Positions 47,507 to 60,152 of a stretch of DNA of 64,000 nt are shown here, piece after piece (the stretch's first letter is position 1; every line of letters starts with the position of its first letter). The notes below the pieces were generated by a model, which was not told the origin of the DNA, made no database searches, and saw only the letters and a list, made by a program, of their open reading frames with translations. This DNA comes from an uncultured Candidatus Saccharibacteria bacterium (lineage in GTDB: Bacteria; Patescibacteriota; CAZHWT01). Both the position numbers and the translations under genes were made by a program. The stretch is from contig CAZKPX010000004.1 of assembly GCA_964554805.1 (NCBI GenBank), positions 72,439 through 136,438 of the forward strand, in the 5' to 3' direction.

Positions 47507-47807
47507 TTTCTAGATAGCGTTGGCGAAAATCAATTAATGATTTCTGAGTCAGTTGATCCAGATGGGGAATTTTTTGTTGTAAAAATTGTTGTACTTGGAC
47601 TACTTCAGGATTTGTTTGGGTTAAAGATTGATACTGATCAAGATCTTCTTCAGAAAGCTGCTCAATGGCTTGCGAAACCAAATAGGCATTGAGTTGTTCC
47701 GCCAAAATTTCTAACATCTTTTGGTGCAGCTCTGGAGTCATATCCTGCTGATCAGATTGCTGGATAATTGTTTCAAGATAGGCTGCGATTTCTGGAGAAA
47801 TATTCAT
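47499..47807 (-). CDS. Small acidic hypothetical protein.
   Basis: 102 aa, with a start overlapping the giant gene's start region. No homology recognised. Confidence 0.3.
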   Translation of the reverse strand: MNISPEIAAYLETIIQQSDQQDMTPELHQKMLEILAEQLNAYLVSQAIEQLSEEDLDQYQSLTQTNPEVVQVQQFLQQKIPHLDQLTQKSLIDFRQRYLENE

Positions 47808-48076
47808 AAGATATATGTAATAGACTTAATAGTAATGGTTGTCTGATTATAAAGTCAACCCATGTTGGGCTATACTCCTTTAACACCCCTTCCGGGTGTG
47901 CATCTCGGAACACCTCTGCTTGCCAGGTCAATGCAATTAATTTTCCACAGACTGCTAACAATCCTATCTGAGATAAAGCGGTCAGAAGTATGAGAGAGTG
48001 CTAATGTGGAAAGTGAGCCGGATGCCATTTTGCTCGAACACCCGCCAGAGGGCTGGAGGATTTAGGAATAAAACTG

Positions 48077-48111
48077 AAAAAAAATTACCCGCAGTTTGTG
48101 GCTGCGGGTAA
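48077..48111 (-). terminator. Rho-independent terminator of the FKBP gene.
   Basis: A perfect 10-bp stem ttacccgcag / ctgcgggtaa with a 7-nt loop, preceded on the plus strand by A8 (T8 on the minus strand after the stem). Confidence 0.7.
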
Positions 48112-48126
48112 TTAGGGGGGGGGATG

Positions 48127-48453
48127 TTAACCTACCTTAATCAATTCGACTTCAAAGAGAAGGTCTGAATTGGCGGGGATTGAGCCGACGCTGCGGCTGC
48201 CATAGCCTTTGGCGGCAGGGATGGTGAGCTTGCGCTTGCCGCCTTCTTTCATGCCAGGGATGCCTTCGATCCAACCATCGATCAGTGAGCCAGGATTAAG
48301 AGCAAAGGCAATTGGTTCGCCACGATCGTAGGAGGAATCGAACTTTGTTCCATCCGTAAGCGTGCCGAGATAGTGGACCGTTATGGATGAGCCGACAGTA
48401 GCTTCTGCGCCTTGTCCGACATTTACTTCTTCAATACTTACTTGATCATTCAT
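48127..48453 (-). CDS. FKBP-type peptidyl-prolyl cis-trans isomerase (soluble).
   Basis: FKBP domain blocks VHYLGTLTDGTKFDSSYDRGEPIAF and GWIEGIPGMKEGGKRKLTIPAAKGYG. Confidence 0.8.
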   Translation of the reverse strand: MNDQVSIEEVNVGQGAEATVGSSITVHYLGTLTDGTKFDSSYDRGEPIAFALNPGSLIDGWIEGIPGMKEGGKRKLTIPAAKGYGSRSVGSIPANSDLLFEVELIKVG

Positions 48454-48515
48454 AATACTTCTCCTTTATTTGTGTTGTCTGATTTACTATACCTTTTGAT
48501 GATCGCTTCGAAGGG

Positions 48516-48983
48516 CTACGGAATGCTGATCAGCTCAATCTCAAATACCAAGTCGGCATTGGGAGGTATGGATCCACTACCTGAAGCGCCATAGCCTTTG
48601 GCGGCAGGGATGGTGAGCTTGCGCTTGCCGCCAACCTTCATGCCAGGAATACCTTCAACCCAACCATCAATAAGCTGACCCTTGGCCAATACGAAGGTAG
48701 CTGGCTGCCCTTTGTCATAGGAGGATTCAAACTGTGTGCCATCTGCCAAACTCCCGATGTAGTGAACGGTGATGGTGTCTCCTTCTTTGGCCTCAGTGCC
48801 TGTACCGACGACAATATCTTCAATCCCAACAGGCTCATTGGTTGTTGTTTGCTCAGTAGTTGTACTGCTGCTCTGATCGCCTTTGCTGAGATTGCTGCCT
48901 GCCTGCTGTTTGGCAACAATGACCACAACGACGCAGATAATTATTATGCCCACGACTAGGGCTACGATGGTATTTTTGTTCAT
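48516..48983 (-). CDS. FKBP-type peptidyl-prolyl isomerase with an N-terminal membrane anchor.
   Basis: An N-terminal TM helix (IVALVVGIIIICVVVVIVA), an S/T-rich linker and an FKBP domain paralogous to the downstream gene. Confidence 0.8.
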   Translation of the reverse strand: MNKNTIVALVVGIIIICVVVVIVAKQQAGSNLSKGDQSSSTTTEQTTTNEPVGIEDIVVGTGTEAKEGDTITVHYIGSLADGTQFESSYDKGQPATFVLAKGQLIDGWVEGIPGMKVGGKRKLTIPAAKGYGASGSGSIPPNADLVFEIELISIP

Positions 48984-49066
48984 GTGAGGTAGTTTACAGA
49001 GAATGTCTATTGGGTGTCAAACTGCAACAACCAAGCTTATTGACACTTTGAAGCTGCCGCGATACC

Positions 49067-49378
49067 ATGAATACAGTATATATATCTGAACTGCCCATGC
49101 CCGAAATTCCATATACCCCAGGCCAAACCCACGAAGCGTTTGCTTTCAGCAGAGCGAATACTCCAGGAACGATTGAAAGCCCCGGGGCTAGTGCGCCGAG
49201 CGAGTCGCAATTTGATTTAACACCTGAGGCAGCGCAAAATTTGCTAGATAATCGAGGTTACATTCTGCATTTGGATCAACAATATCCAATTGGATCTGAG
49301 ACCACCGTTATTCCAAACTATGCCGCCACCATACAGGAAGACAGAGTACAAATACCACACCTACCAAAACTAACCTAG
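49067..49378 (+). CDS. Hypothetical protein.
   Basis: 103 aa. Its start context ctgcccatgcccgaa is duplicated at the next gene (ctgcccatgcctgaa). Confidence 0.3.
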   Translation: MNTVYISELPMPEIPYTPGQTHEAFAFSRANTPGTIESPGASAPSESQFDLTPEAAQNLLDNRGYILHLDQQYPIGSETTVIPNYAATIQEDRVQIPHLPKLT

Positions 49379-49386
49379 GACTGCCC

Positions 49387-50730
49387 ATGCCTGAATCATC
49401 CGCCACACAATTTAAACTAACTGATGTTGTTTATCAGCAGCAAGATGCAACCGTCTTTAATGGGGCCGTCATTCCTTCCATTGCCGGCAGTGCTGAAGCA
49501 TTTATTATTTTCTATCTGTCTCGAGAAGACGAGCAGAATGGCTATGGGACCGTTATTCAATTGGATAATGAGACTAAGCAGGCTGCAATTTTTGCAGATC
49601 TTAATCCAGAATATAGCTATTTATTTTTCAAAGATGAACAAGGCGCACTCCAAACTTTGTTGTGGTGCATCGAATTTGCTACTCGGACTGCTGACGGGCT
49701 ATTTGTAACTCAAGCAAAAGTTTACGGTCGAGGAATCAGTGAGCAGGAGCTCAAAAATCTAGCTCAACCTGCTGCTCAGCAGCCGTATGAATTACGCGAG
49801 CCGGTATCCCCGATTGCTCAGGCTCCAACGACTGCTCCTCCACCCCAGATGCCAGCTCAACAACCTGCGGTATCGCCTCGCCCGCAACCAACACCGACAC
49901 CTGCCGCGCCTCCTCTGCAAACGCCTTCTACGCCGCATTCTTCGCCACAACCTCCTCAATCAGTTGCACCGATGGCTGAACCAGCGCGCCAAACCTCAAC
50001 TCCTCAGCCGTTACCTTCAACTCAAGCGCTACCAATGGAGTCGGCGGCGGCTTGGTCAGAACCTGTCGTGAGCCAGCAACCTAAGCCCCAATCATCAGCT
50101 AGCCAAACGGCCAATGCCGGAGAGTTAAATCTACCTCATCTTCCAGAACTACCGTCTTTGCCAGCTATGCCTGCTTCTAATTGGTCGCCCGCCGCAACAA
50201 GCACTACGCCAGCCCCAACAATAGATCCATCGTCGCAGAATTCACGGCTCGAATTGCCGCCTCTGCCAGCCCTGCCGGATTTACCACAGGTTCCACCAGT
50301 CCAACCAGCTATGCCTCAGCAGCCTAGCCAGCCCTCAGCATCCGCGCCTGCAGCTCAACCTGCGGCTGAATCTAGCGCACCAGTCAATCAATCTCCTCGC
50401 CAGCCAGTTGGTCGTCCTCCAAAACCGTTGATCCAAGATCGCTTATGGATGATATCGGCCGAAGATTTTACATGGCTCAAGACTATCAGCCGTGATCCTA
50501 TTGATGCTAATAAAGAATTGCTTCGCCAGAAGATAATTGGCCAAATTCGACTTAACCAACCAAACTTAATTGAGGACTGGCAATTCTTGGGACAGTTCGA
50601 GCAAGCCTTCGCAGCTATATGCATGACTTATGATTTGGTGCCTGGTTTACGCCATGATCTTCTAAAATCACTCCTAAATGGCCGGGTTGTTGATGGTGTA
50701 GTTAAGCAACATCAACACCGCGGTCGCTAG
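49387..50730 (+). CDS. Proline-rich hypothetical protein with N- and C-terminal globular regions.
   Basis: 447 aa. The central P/Q/S/A-rich low-complexity region contains LPxLPxxP repeats. The C-terminus is an approximately 100-aa folded domain. Confidence 0.4.
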   Translation: MPESSATQFKLTDVVYQQQDATVFNGAVIPSIAGSAEAFIIFYLSREDEQNGYGTVIQLDNETKQAAIFADLNPEYSYLFFKDEQGALQTLLWCIEFATRTADGLFVTQAKVYGRGISEQELKNLAQPAAQQPYELREPVSPIAQAPTTAPPPQMPAQQPAVSPRPQPTPTPAAPPLQTPSTPHSSPQPPQSVAPMAEPARQTSTPQPLPSTQALPMESAAAWSEPVVSQQPKPQSSASQTANAGELNLPHLPELPSLPAMPASNWSPAATSTTPAPTIDPSSQNSRLELPPLPALPDLPQVPPVQPAMPQQPSQPSASAPAAQPAAESSAPVNQSPRQPVGRPPKPLIQDRLWMISAEDFTWLKTISRDPIDANKELLRQKIIGQIRLNQPNLIEDWQFLGQFEQAFAAICMTYDLVPGLRHDLLKSLLNGRVVDGVVKQHQHRGR

Positions 50731-50795
50731 GCAGCAACCAGCTTTGCGCCTCATTGTGGGGCAATATCTGGCTATATTAGTCTATCTTTGTTACC

Positions 50796-51275
50796 ATGGC
50801 TGCTATGGATGAAATCATAAATCTATCCCCCCAACAACCAAAATCTTCCAAAAAGGGCTCGATCCTTGTCGTTAGTTTGGTTGCGCTCATCGGTATTTGT
50901 GTAATGGTGATTGCATTTTTTGGACTTGGCCCTATGCTGGCTAAGCCGGTAAGCCCCATTACCACAAAAAACCAAGATGTCAGTGATGTGCTTGGTCTGA
51001 ATAAGCCCTCAGAAGCCATATCCGGAGCTCAAGTCCTGACCAAAGAGCAGACCGAACAATTGTTGCAGGCAATTTCTCAGCAGGTTGAGTTGCCACAGAA
51101 AAACAGCGTCTTGGCCTATCAAATAACTGACATTAGTTCGTTTCAATCATCTGATTTTTTTAGCAAAGCGGTGATAGGTGATATTTTTATTACCTTTGAG
51201 CCATCAAAAATGGCTCTGCTGTATAGCAGGCTGCAAGGGCAGATAATTAATCAAGGACAGATGAGCGGGAAATAG
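50796..51275 (+). CDS. Membrane-anchored hypothetical protein.
   Basis: 159 aa with one N-terminal TM helix. Confidence 0.35.
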   Translation: MAAMDEIINLSPQQPKSSKKGSILVVSLVALIGICVMVIAFFGLGPMLAKPVSPITTKNQDVSDVLGLNKPSEAISGAQVLTKEQTEQLLQAISQQVELPQKNSVLAYQITDISSFQSSDFFSKAVIGDIFITFEPSKMALLYSRLQGQIINQGQMSGK

Positions 51276-51363
51276 CTGCCTGGGGTAGCGGATATCTGTC
51301 CTGCAGCCAGGGATTCGAGACTCGGATATTGGATATTGTAAAATATATAGGCAGAGCTTCATT

Positions 51364-51388
51364 AAAAAGGAGGGTTGCGCCCTCCTTT

Positions 51389-51390
<2 letters not shown>
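51364..51390. terminator. Bidirectional rho-independent terminator between the convergent 50796-51275 gene and secA.
   Basis: aaaaaggaggg ttgcg ccctccttttt is a perfect 11-bp stem flanked by A5 and T5. It overlaps the secA stop. Confidence 0.7.
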
Positions 51391-54133
<2,743 letters not shown>

Positions 54134-54249
54134 CATAACCTCGATTCTGTACATTTATCCAGGGCAGATTATATACCACTTCGGAAGCCATATCAAACCA
54201 CCTAGGCTATATAACGACTATTGACAGGCCAGACTGCCACCGATACTCT

Positions 54250-55638
54250 TTGAATATGCATCGTATTTTACACATATCTCGCCAGTGGCTGGCTCGTTTG
54301 GGGCAATGGGTAATTGCTCATAAATACACAGTGGCTATTTTTGGCCTAGCATTGTTGTCTTATGTATGGATTTCTGTGTATCGCCATTTGTCTTATTCGT
54401 CGAATGCCTTTGATTTGGCAATATTCTCCCAAACTTCCTACTTATTAAGTCACTGGCAAGAGCCGTACTCTACCGTGCGTATGATCTTTGCTCCGGCTGA
54501 TCACTTTGGGCCAACCTATTATTTGTTGTCGCTTGGATACGGTCTGTTTGATTCGCCTGTTTATTTACTGTTATGCCAAATCGCTTCGGCTTTATTTGGT
54601 GGTGTTGCAGTCTGGCTGCTATCAAGGGAGGTTTTGTCTTCAAAGACGGCTGCCAATTTTTTGCTGATTGGCTTTTTCTTTCAATTGGCATTGGTGCGGT
54701 CGATTAATTTTGATTTTTCTACAACTGCTTTGAGTGTCGGCTTCACTGCTTGGGCGATTTACTTTTGGTATAAACAACGCTTCTGGCCGTATGTGGCAAT
54801 GATGGTGCTGGCTATTGGTTGCAAAGAAGATATGCCGGTATTATTTGGGGCATTCTCGCTGTATATGGCGTACAAACGCCAATGGAAGTGGTTCTTGGTG
54901 ACACTGCTCTACTCTATGGCTTGGTATGTTGGGGTGATTTATATGTTGGTGCCGCATGTATTTAATGAGTCGTACAGTTACGCAAAACTAGCTAATCCTC
55001 TGAAAGATTTGGGGATGAAGCAGACTGGCTTGCAGGAGATTATGATTCAAAATCTTGGCCTCGCTTTGGCCAATCCGCTGGGCTTGCTTTTTGCAGGGGC
55101 TAATTATGTGACTCGCTTCTTCAAGAATGGCCAGGGGTATTGGTTGAATGAATTTCATTACGGGGCCAATATTGCTGCACCGCTGATCATGTCGACGGCC
55201 TTTAGTATTCGCTATTTTGTCAGTCGAACCAACATCGATAAGCGAACCGCCACCATTCTGCTGAGCATGGCCGTAGCGGTGGTGACGCTATATACGACCG
55301 GACCGGTACTCGGTTATACTCCAAGACCGGTTTTGGAGCGATCGGTGGTTGACTCTTTCTTGCGTCAAATACCTGAGAACGCTTCGGTATCGGCCCAGAA
55401 TAATTTGGTGCCGCATTTGACTAATCGCAAAGATATTTATCTTTTCCCTCGCACCAGCCTCAGGTGTTCTGATGGCCAAACCTGCGGTCAGGTTGACTAT
55501 GTTGTTTTATCTCTAGCCCATAACGCCTGGCCACTGACTAGGGCTGAATTTGCTGAGCGACTGGAGGCGTTGCGCAGTGACAGTGGTTATGAGCAGGTCG
55601 CTGAAAAAGATGGTTTGCTGCTGTTTAAGAAACTGTAG
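54250..55638 (+). CDS. Polytopic membrane protein, DUF2079-like (GT-C-like).
   Basis: 462 aa with at least 10 TM helices. The conserved FDLAIF and PADHFGP blocks lie near the N-terminus. Confidence 0.35.
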   Translation: MNMHRILHISRQWLARLGQWVIAHKYTVAIFGLALLSYVWISVYRHLSYSSNAFDLAIFSQTSYLLSHWQEPYSTVRMIFAPADHFGPTYYLLSLGYGLFDSPVYLLLCQIASALFGGVAVWLLSREVLSSKTAANFLLIGFFFQLALVRSINFDFSTTALSVGFTAWAIYFWYKQRFWPYVAMMVLAIGCKEDMPVLFGAFSLYMAYKRQWKWFLVTLLYSMAWYVGVIYMLVPHVFNESYSYAKLANPLKDLGMKQTGLQEIMIQNLGLALANPLGLLFAGANYVTRFFKNGQGYWLNEFHYGANIAAPLIMSTAFSIRYFVSRTNIDKRTATILLSMAVAVVTLYTTGPVLGYTPRPVLERSVVDSFLRQIPENASVSAQNNLVPHLTNRKDIYLFPRTSLRCSDGQTCGQVDYVVLSLAHNAWPLTRAEFAERLEALRSDSGYEQVAEKDGLLLFKKL

Positions 55639-55642
55639 GTGA

Positions 55643-57187
55643 CTAGTGCACATTAAAATTGTGATTGTCGTCATTAGCATCGCTGTGCCCTGTCAGTGAA
55701 TGCAGTCCGTAATAGTCAGCCATGCACCGATTGAGCCAGTGACGAGGATCATCAGTTGCATCTTCCAGGCCATAGATCTTGCCGAAACTATATACTGACA
55801 CTTGCTCATGTCCCAGATTGCGCTGGTTGATTAGATAGTTGTGCCGGTGATCCTGTTGTTGTGCATATGATTGTAGACGAGGCAGCTGTTGTTGCAGCTG
55901 TTTGCTGACTGGGATGGCTTGATTTGCGACTAAATGAACAAAAACTACAAGAACTATTGCAACGCCAGCGGTTTGATGCGAGACTCGATTTGACAGCAGG
56001 CGATGATCTATATAATGGCGCGCAAATATATAGCCAAGGTATATGGCTAAGGCAGATAAGGTGAAGGGTATAGAAGAAATTATGCGTTGACCGGGTGGAA
56101 AATGCTGCATGTAAAAAGACGGTATGTGCACCACTACGCAAAGACCATAGGCAGTTATAATGGCTGCTATGACAGCGCGAAATAGGCTAGCAGTCGTTGA
56201 GGAATTTGTTTTTGCAGCATTTGGCCATACTAGTAAATAAAAAGCGGCTGTGGCTAGAAAAAGGTAGACAAACCAAATATATTGCTGTGATTGCAATATA
56301 TACTCGTTGGTGGCTGTTATAGCAAATTGAAGCGTCTCGACAAGACTGGGGTGAGGCGGGTAGTTGCTGGCCCTGACAGTATTGCCCGGCGCAAGATACA
56401 TGATGGTTGTCGATAGTAGGCTCGCCATGATGAGCACACTCATGGCTGCTAGGTATATTTTGGAATACCTGCTTTTCTTAAAAAATCTATACAGCAAGCC
56501 CAATAAGCCAGCTAGGAGAAGCATAACCAGCTGATATAGAGCGAAGGTTTCGTTTAATGCAGCCGCCACAAACACTGTTATTGCGGCAGCTATCAGCCAT
56601 GCCAGAGAAGGTGTAGGCCAAAGCCGAATGTCTTTAGTTGGCAATTGTTTCACGGCGGTTAGATATTTTAAGACAAAATAGATACTCCAAGACAGCAATA
56701 CTAGCGGCAAGGTATAGGTAATATTGCCGGTTAGCCAGTAAAAGCTTTGACTTGAGCCTGGATTTGCCATCACAAACGCAACTGCCGTACCGATAGCTAA
56801 AAATATGGCTGGAGTCAATGCGTGAAGAGAGATGCCAACCAGCTTAGCCAGAGCTTTATACAGAAGGGTCAGACCGACTATCCACACGAGAAGGATGGCC
56901 GGCCCAATGATCTGAGCTACTATTAGGCCCAGTGTTTCCAGAGCAGTAATTGCAGCCGTAAAACTGAATCGACCACTCCAGTTGCTGTACCAGTATTGCT
57001 GAGCTTGCCACCAACCAAGATCATATAGACTGGCCGTGGTGCAGTAATCATCGGCTACATAGCGAGTGTGCCAACTTACTGTCACGATATAGGCAACAAT
57101 AGGCATGACCGCCAAAATACCGACCAGACTCAGCCAGTTGCTGGGACGGTAGAGATACTGGCGAATAAGCAGCATTGGATGAGACAT
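55643..57187 (-). CDS. Polytopic membrane protein, putative GT-C-fold glycosyltransferase.
   Basis: At least 12 TM helices, and a DD motif (YVADDYC) in the first extracytoplasmic loop. The start is set at an internal Met. Confidence 0.35.
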   Translation of the reverse strand: MSHPMLLIRQYLYRPSNWLSLVGILAVMPIVAYIVTVSWHTRYVADDYCTTASLYDLGWWQAQQYWYSNWSGRFSFTAAITALETLGLIVAQIIGPAILLVWIVGLTLLYKALAKLVGISLHALTPAIFLAIGTAVAFVMANPGSSQSFYWLTGNITYTLPLVLLSWSIYFVLKYLTAVKQLPTKDIRLWPTPSLAWLIAAAITVFVAAALNETFALYQLVMLLLAGLLGLLYRFFKKSRYSKIYLAAMSVLIMASLLSTTIMYLAPGNTVRASNYPPHPSLVETLQFAITATNEYILQSQQYIWFVYLFLATAAFYLLVWPNAAKTNSSTTASLFRAVIAAIITAYGLCVVVHIPSFYMQHFPPGQRIISSIPFTLSALAIYLGYIFARHYIDHRLLSNRVSHQTAGVAIVLVVFVHLVANQAIPVSKQLQQQLPRLQSYAQQQDHRHNYLINQRNLGHEQVSVYSFGKIYGLEDATDDPRHWLNRCMADYYGLHSLTGHSDANDDNHNFNVH

Positions 57188-57484
57188 TAGTTGATTATGC
57201 CACAGGGTTAGCTTGACTGGCCAGACATAAGCCAGCCTTGCTGGCGGATATGGAGCATTGGATATCGAGGCGAAGGATACCAGGCGGCAGGCGGGAGGAA
57301 TATTTTCTTCTTCTGCCAATTCGAGCGCAGCCGAGAAAATCTTCTAGACCCCTAGAGCCCCAAGATCTCTCCGCTGTGGTCGAGATGACCAGGGTAACGG
57401 CTGCAGGCTTGGCTTTTGTGAATGAATCAGAATGGTATTACCTATATTTGCCAATTAGCGAGTTGCTTGCATGCTGCTGGTACA

Positions 57485-58366
57485 ATGAAGGCTATGGAAA
57501 TTACGTATGTACATAAGTTTTTAGCTGATGCTGGTATGGGTTCACGGCGCAAGATGGTCGAAGCCATGAAAGAGGGTAAGGTTAAGGTGAATGGCAAAAC
57601 TACCCAAGATCCTCGATTTACCATTGATCCAGCTCAGGATGAAGTTAAATTATTAAATCAGATTGTTGTCGTTCGGCCTGCAAAAATTTATTTAATGCTC
57701 CATAAGCCAGTCGGCGTAATTACTACGGCTGACGATGAGCAAAATCGAAAGACTGTTGTTGATTTGCTGCCTTCTCGCTATAAAGAATTGCGGTTATTCC
57801 CGATTGGCCGGCTGGATCAGGATACTGAAGGACTTTTGATATTAACCAATGACGGAGAATTGGCTTATAAATTAACTCACCCTAAATTTGAGCATGAAAA
57901 AGAGTACGAGGTGACAATTGGGGCAGCTTTGACTACTCAACAGCTAAAGGATGTTCGCATTGGGATGTTGCTGGAAGATGGGAGAACCGCTCCTGCTCGC
58001 ATCAAACAGATTCATGTTTCACAGCATGTAACCTATTCAATGACCATCCACGAGGGGCGCAAGCGTCAAATTCGACGGATGTTTGAGCGGCTCGGCTTTA
58101 GGGTTATTCGACTTAAGCGTATTCGGATCGGCGGCTTGATACTCGATCGGAATCTTAAGGCCGGCTGGGTGCGTGAATTATCCGCAACCGAGCTAGAGCA
58201 ACTTCAGCAAATTAATGGCAAGAAGCGCACCCTTAAAAAGGCTGACAAAAAGCTGCCTGTTCAATCAAGCCGACAAGCCATCAAAAGTGGCAAGTTGAAA
58301 GTAGCTAGCAAAACCGGCAAAACAACTGCTCGGCGCAAAGTTAGCTACAAAGCACGAGCTAAATAG
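57485..58366 (+). CDS. rluB: RsuA/RluB-family 23S rRNA pseudouridine synthase (S4 domain plus catalytic domain plus K-rich tail).
   Basis: S4 domain FLADAGMGSRRKMVEAMKEGKVKVNG. The catalytic motif GRLDQDTEGLLILTNDGEL contains the catalytic Asp. Confidence 0.75.
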   Translation: MKAMEITYVHKFLADAGMGSRRKMVEAMKEGKVKVNGKTTQDPRFTIDPAQDEVKLLNQIVVVRPAKIYLMLHKPVGVITTADDEQNRKTVVDLLPSRYKELRLFPIGRLDQDTEGLLILTNDGELAYKLTHPKFEHEKEYEVTIGAALTTQQLKDVRIGMLLEDGRTAPARIKQIHVSQHVTYSMTIHEGRKRQIRRMFERLGFRVIRLKRIRIGGLILDRNLKAGWVRELSATELEQLQQINGKKRTLKKADKKLPVQSSRQAIKSGKLKVASKTGKTTARRKVSYKARAK

Positions 58367-58424
58367 CTCCTTAGCTCGTGCACCTAAAGCCCCACTATAA
58401 CCGCTATCTGCGAGATTGCACTCA

Positions 58425-58460
58425 CCCCTCCGGACAGGTGTCTGACGGGGTTATTTTTTC
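58425..58460 (+). terminator. Probable rho-independent terminator of rluB.
   Basis: The GC-rich imperfect stem cccctccggacagg..tctgacgggg is followed by ttatttttt. Confidence 0.4.
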
Positions 58461-58478
58461 TAGTAACGACAATTAATA

Positions 58479-58679
58479 TTATTCGGGCGCAACCTCATCG
58501 TCTTCAATCAAACCTTCATCGAGTTGGCTTTCTGCAGGATCATCTTCGGAGTCCTCGGGTAATCCGGCTATATCCTCTTTAGAAATCTGCCCCGAGCCAG
58601 GATAGCGTTTGATACCGATCTCCTCGTCCTCTACCCCACCGACAACTTCTAGTTCTGTGTCAAAATCTTGTGGATTCAT
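58479..58679 (-). CDS. Small highly acidic hypothetical protein.
   Basis: 66 aa, D/E-rich and likely disordered. Confidence 0.3.
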   Translation of the reverse strand: MNPQDFDTELEVVGGVEDEEIGIKRYPGSGQISKEDIAGLPEDSEDDPAESQLDEGLIEDDEVAPE

Positions 58680-58823
58680 CAGGACCCTCCTTCGATTATT
58701 GATTATGTCTCTATACTATATTGTTATACTCTTACTGTCAATATATGTGCCATGTCATTCCTCACAATGACACTAAGGGGAGATGTCTCGTGTCTTCGGT
58801 TTTGTGTCTTGAGTGCGAGATGA

Positions 58824-60152
58824 TTAGGCTAGTTTGTTGGGAGTGAGGGTGTTCTGGCCAATCCAAGGTCGGAGGGCTTCGGGAACGGTGACTGTGCCGT
58901 CTGGTTGCTGATAGTTATCAAGAATGGCTGCCACCATACGACCTAGAGCCACACCAGTGTCATTGACCGTATGAGCTAGTTGTTTGGTTTGTCCATCATC
59001 GACTTTAATATTTAAGCGACGAGACTGGTAATCGGTGGCGTGGGTATCGGTCATTGTTTCCATATACTGTTGCTGCGAGGGCATCCAAACTTCTACATCA
59101 AACTGATCATAGGTAGCTAGATATCCGCAGTCGCCAGTGCATTTATGGATAATATGGTACGACAATCCAAGTTGCTGCAACAGCCATTCGTTATAGTCGA
59201 GCAGTTGAGCAAAGATGGCGTCGGACTGGTCAGGAGTCGCGATGACATCCATTTCTAACTTCGTGAACTGATGAACTCTCTTGATGCCTCGAACGTCCTT
59301 GCCCCATGAACCAACTTCACTGCGGAAGCATGGCGTGACCGCAAACATCTTGAGTGGTAACTGGTCGGCGGTAAATGTCCTATCCATGCCGAAGGCGAAC
59401 AGCGAAGGCTCGCTAGACCCCACCAGGAAAAGTTGCTGACCTTCTTCAACATTGTCGCCTTTTATCTCATAGACCTGATCGCGCTGTTCTGGAAAATGAC
59501 TGGTACCATAGAGGGCCGGTTCTTTGACTAAAACTGGTGGGTCAACCCACATAAAGCCATCCTGACGTAATTTTTGACTGAGCAGTTGGGTAATGGCGTT
59601 TTCAAGGACGGCTGCACCATCAACTAGATAGGCGAAACGGCTGCCGGATACTTTGGCGGCTTGCTTCATATCAACGATTCCTAAGCCTTCGGCTACATCG
59701 AGGTGGTGCTTGGCTTCAAAGGACGGCTTTGGCATAAATTGGGCCGAGTGAGCGTTTTGGCCCAGCTTATCTTGCGACAAATAGCCTTGTCCGGCAATCC
59801 AGGCTTTGGTTTCGACATTATCTTCTTCGCCCTGGCCAATTGGCATATTGGGGGATGATTGATTAGGTAAAAAATCTGTCTGAGATTTTAGGTCAGCTTC
59901 GATTTGGGTCAGCTGCTGCTCTTTGTCTTTGATATCTTGGCCGAGTTGACGAAGCTGAACAATTGTATCAGCATCAGGTTTTTGCTTAGAAGCAGCATTG
60001 AGTTGCTGGCGCATCGCCTCGACTTGACCACTTACATCCAGGCGCTGATCATCCAGCTGAATAAGTAATGGCAGGTCAACTTTGGCTTTACGATTCATAA
60101 TATTGGCCGCAACTTCATCTTGGTTTTGTCGTACATATTTTAGGTCAAGCAT
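58824..60152 (-). CDS. serS: Seryl-tRNA synthetase.
   Basis: An N-terminal coiled-coil arm and class II motifs (FRSEVGSWGKDVRGIKRVHQFTKLE; GVALGRMVAAILDNYQ). The start is set at M(LDLKYV). Confidence 0.9.
   Translation of the reverse strand: MLDLKYVRQNQDEVAANIMNRKAKVDLPLLIQLDDQRLDVSGQVEAMRQQLNAASKQKPDADTIVQLRQLGQDIKDKEQQLTQIEADLKSQTDFLPNQSSPNMPIGQGEEDNVETKAWIAGQGYLSQDKLGQNAHSAQFMPKPSFEAKHHLDVAEGLGIVDMKQAAKVSGSRFAYLVDGAAVLENAITQLLSQKLRQDGFMWVDPPVLVKEPALYGTSHFPEQRDQVYEIKGDNVEEGQQLFLVGSSEPSLFAFGMDRTFTADQLPLKMFAVTPCFRSEVGSWGKDVRGIKRVHQFTKLEMDVIATPDQSDAIFAQLLDYNEWLLQQLGLSYHIIHKCTGDCGYLATYDQFDVEVWMPSQQQYMETMTDTHATDYQSRRLNIKVDDGQTKQLAHTVNDTGVALGRMVAAILDNYQQPDGTVTVPEALRPWIGQNTLTPNKLA

Noticed and set aside
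47808-48076. RNase P RNA, tmRNA or SRP RNA in the spacer.
   Set aside because: Only a weak GGAAAGTGAGCCGG resemblance to the RNase P P4 strand. The region is too short, and the diagnostic motifs (GGAAGGAAGCAGC of SRP, the tRNA-like 3' end of tmRNA) are absent. It is left as an unassigned candidate ncRNA.
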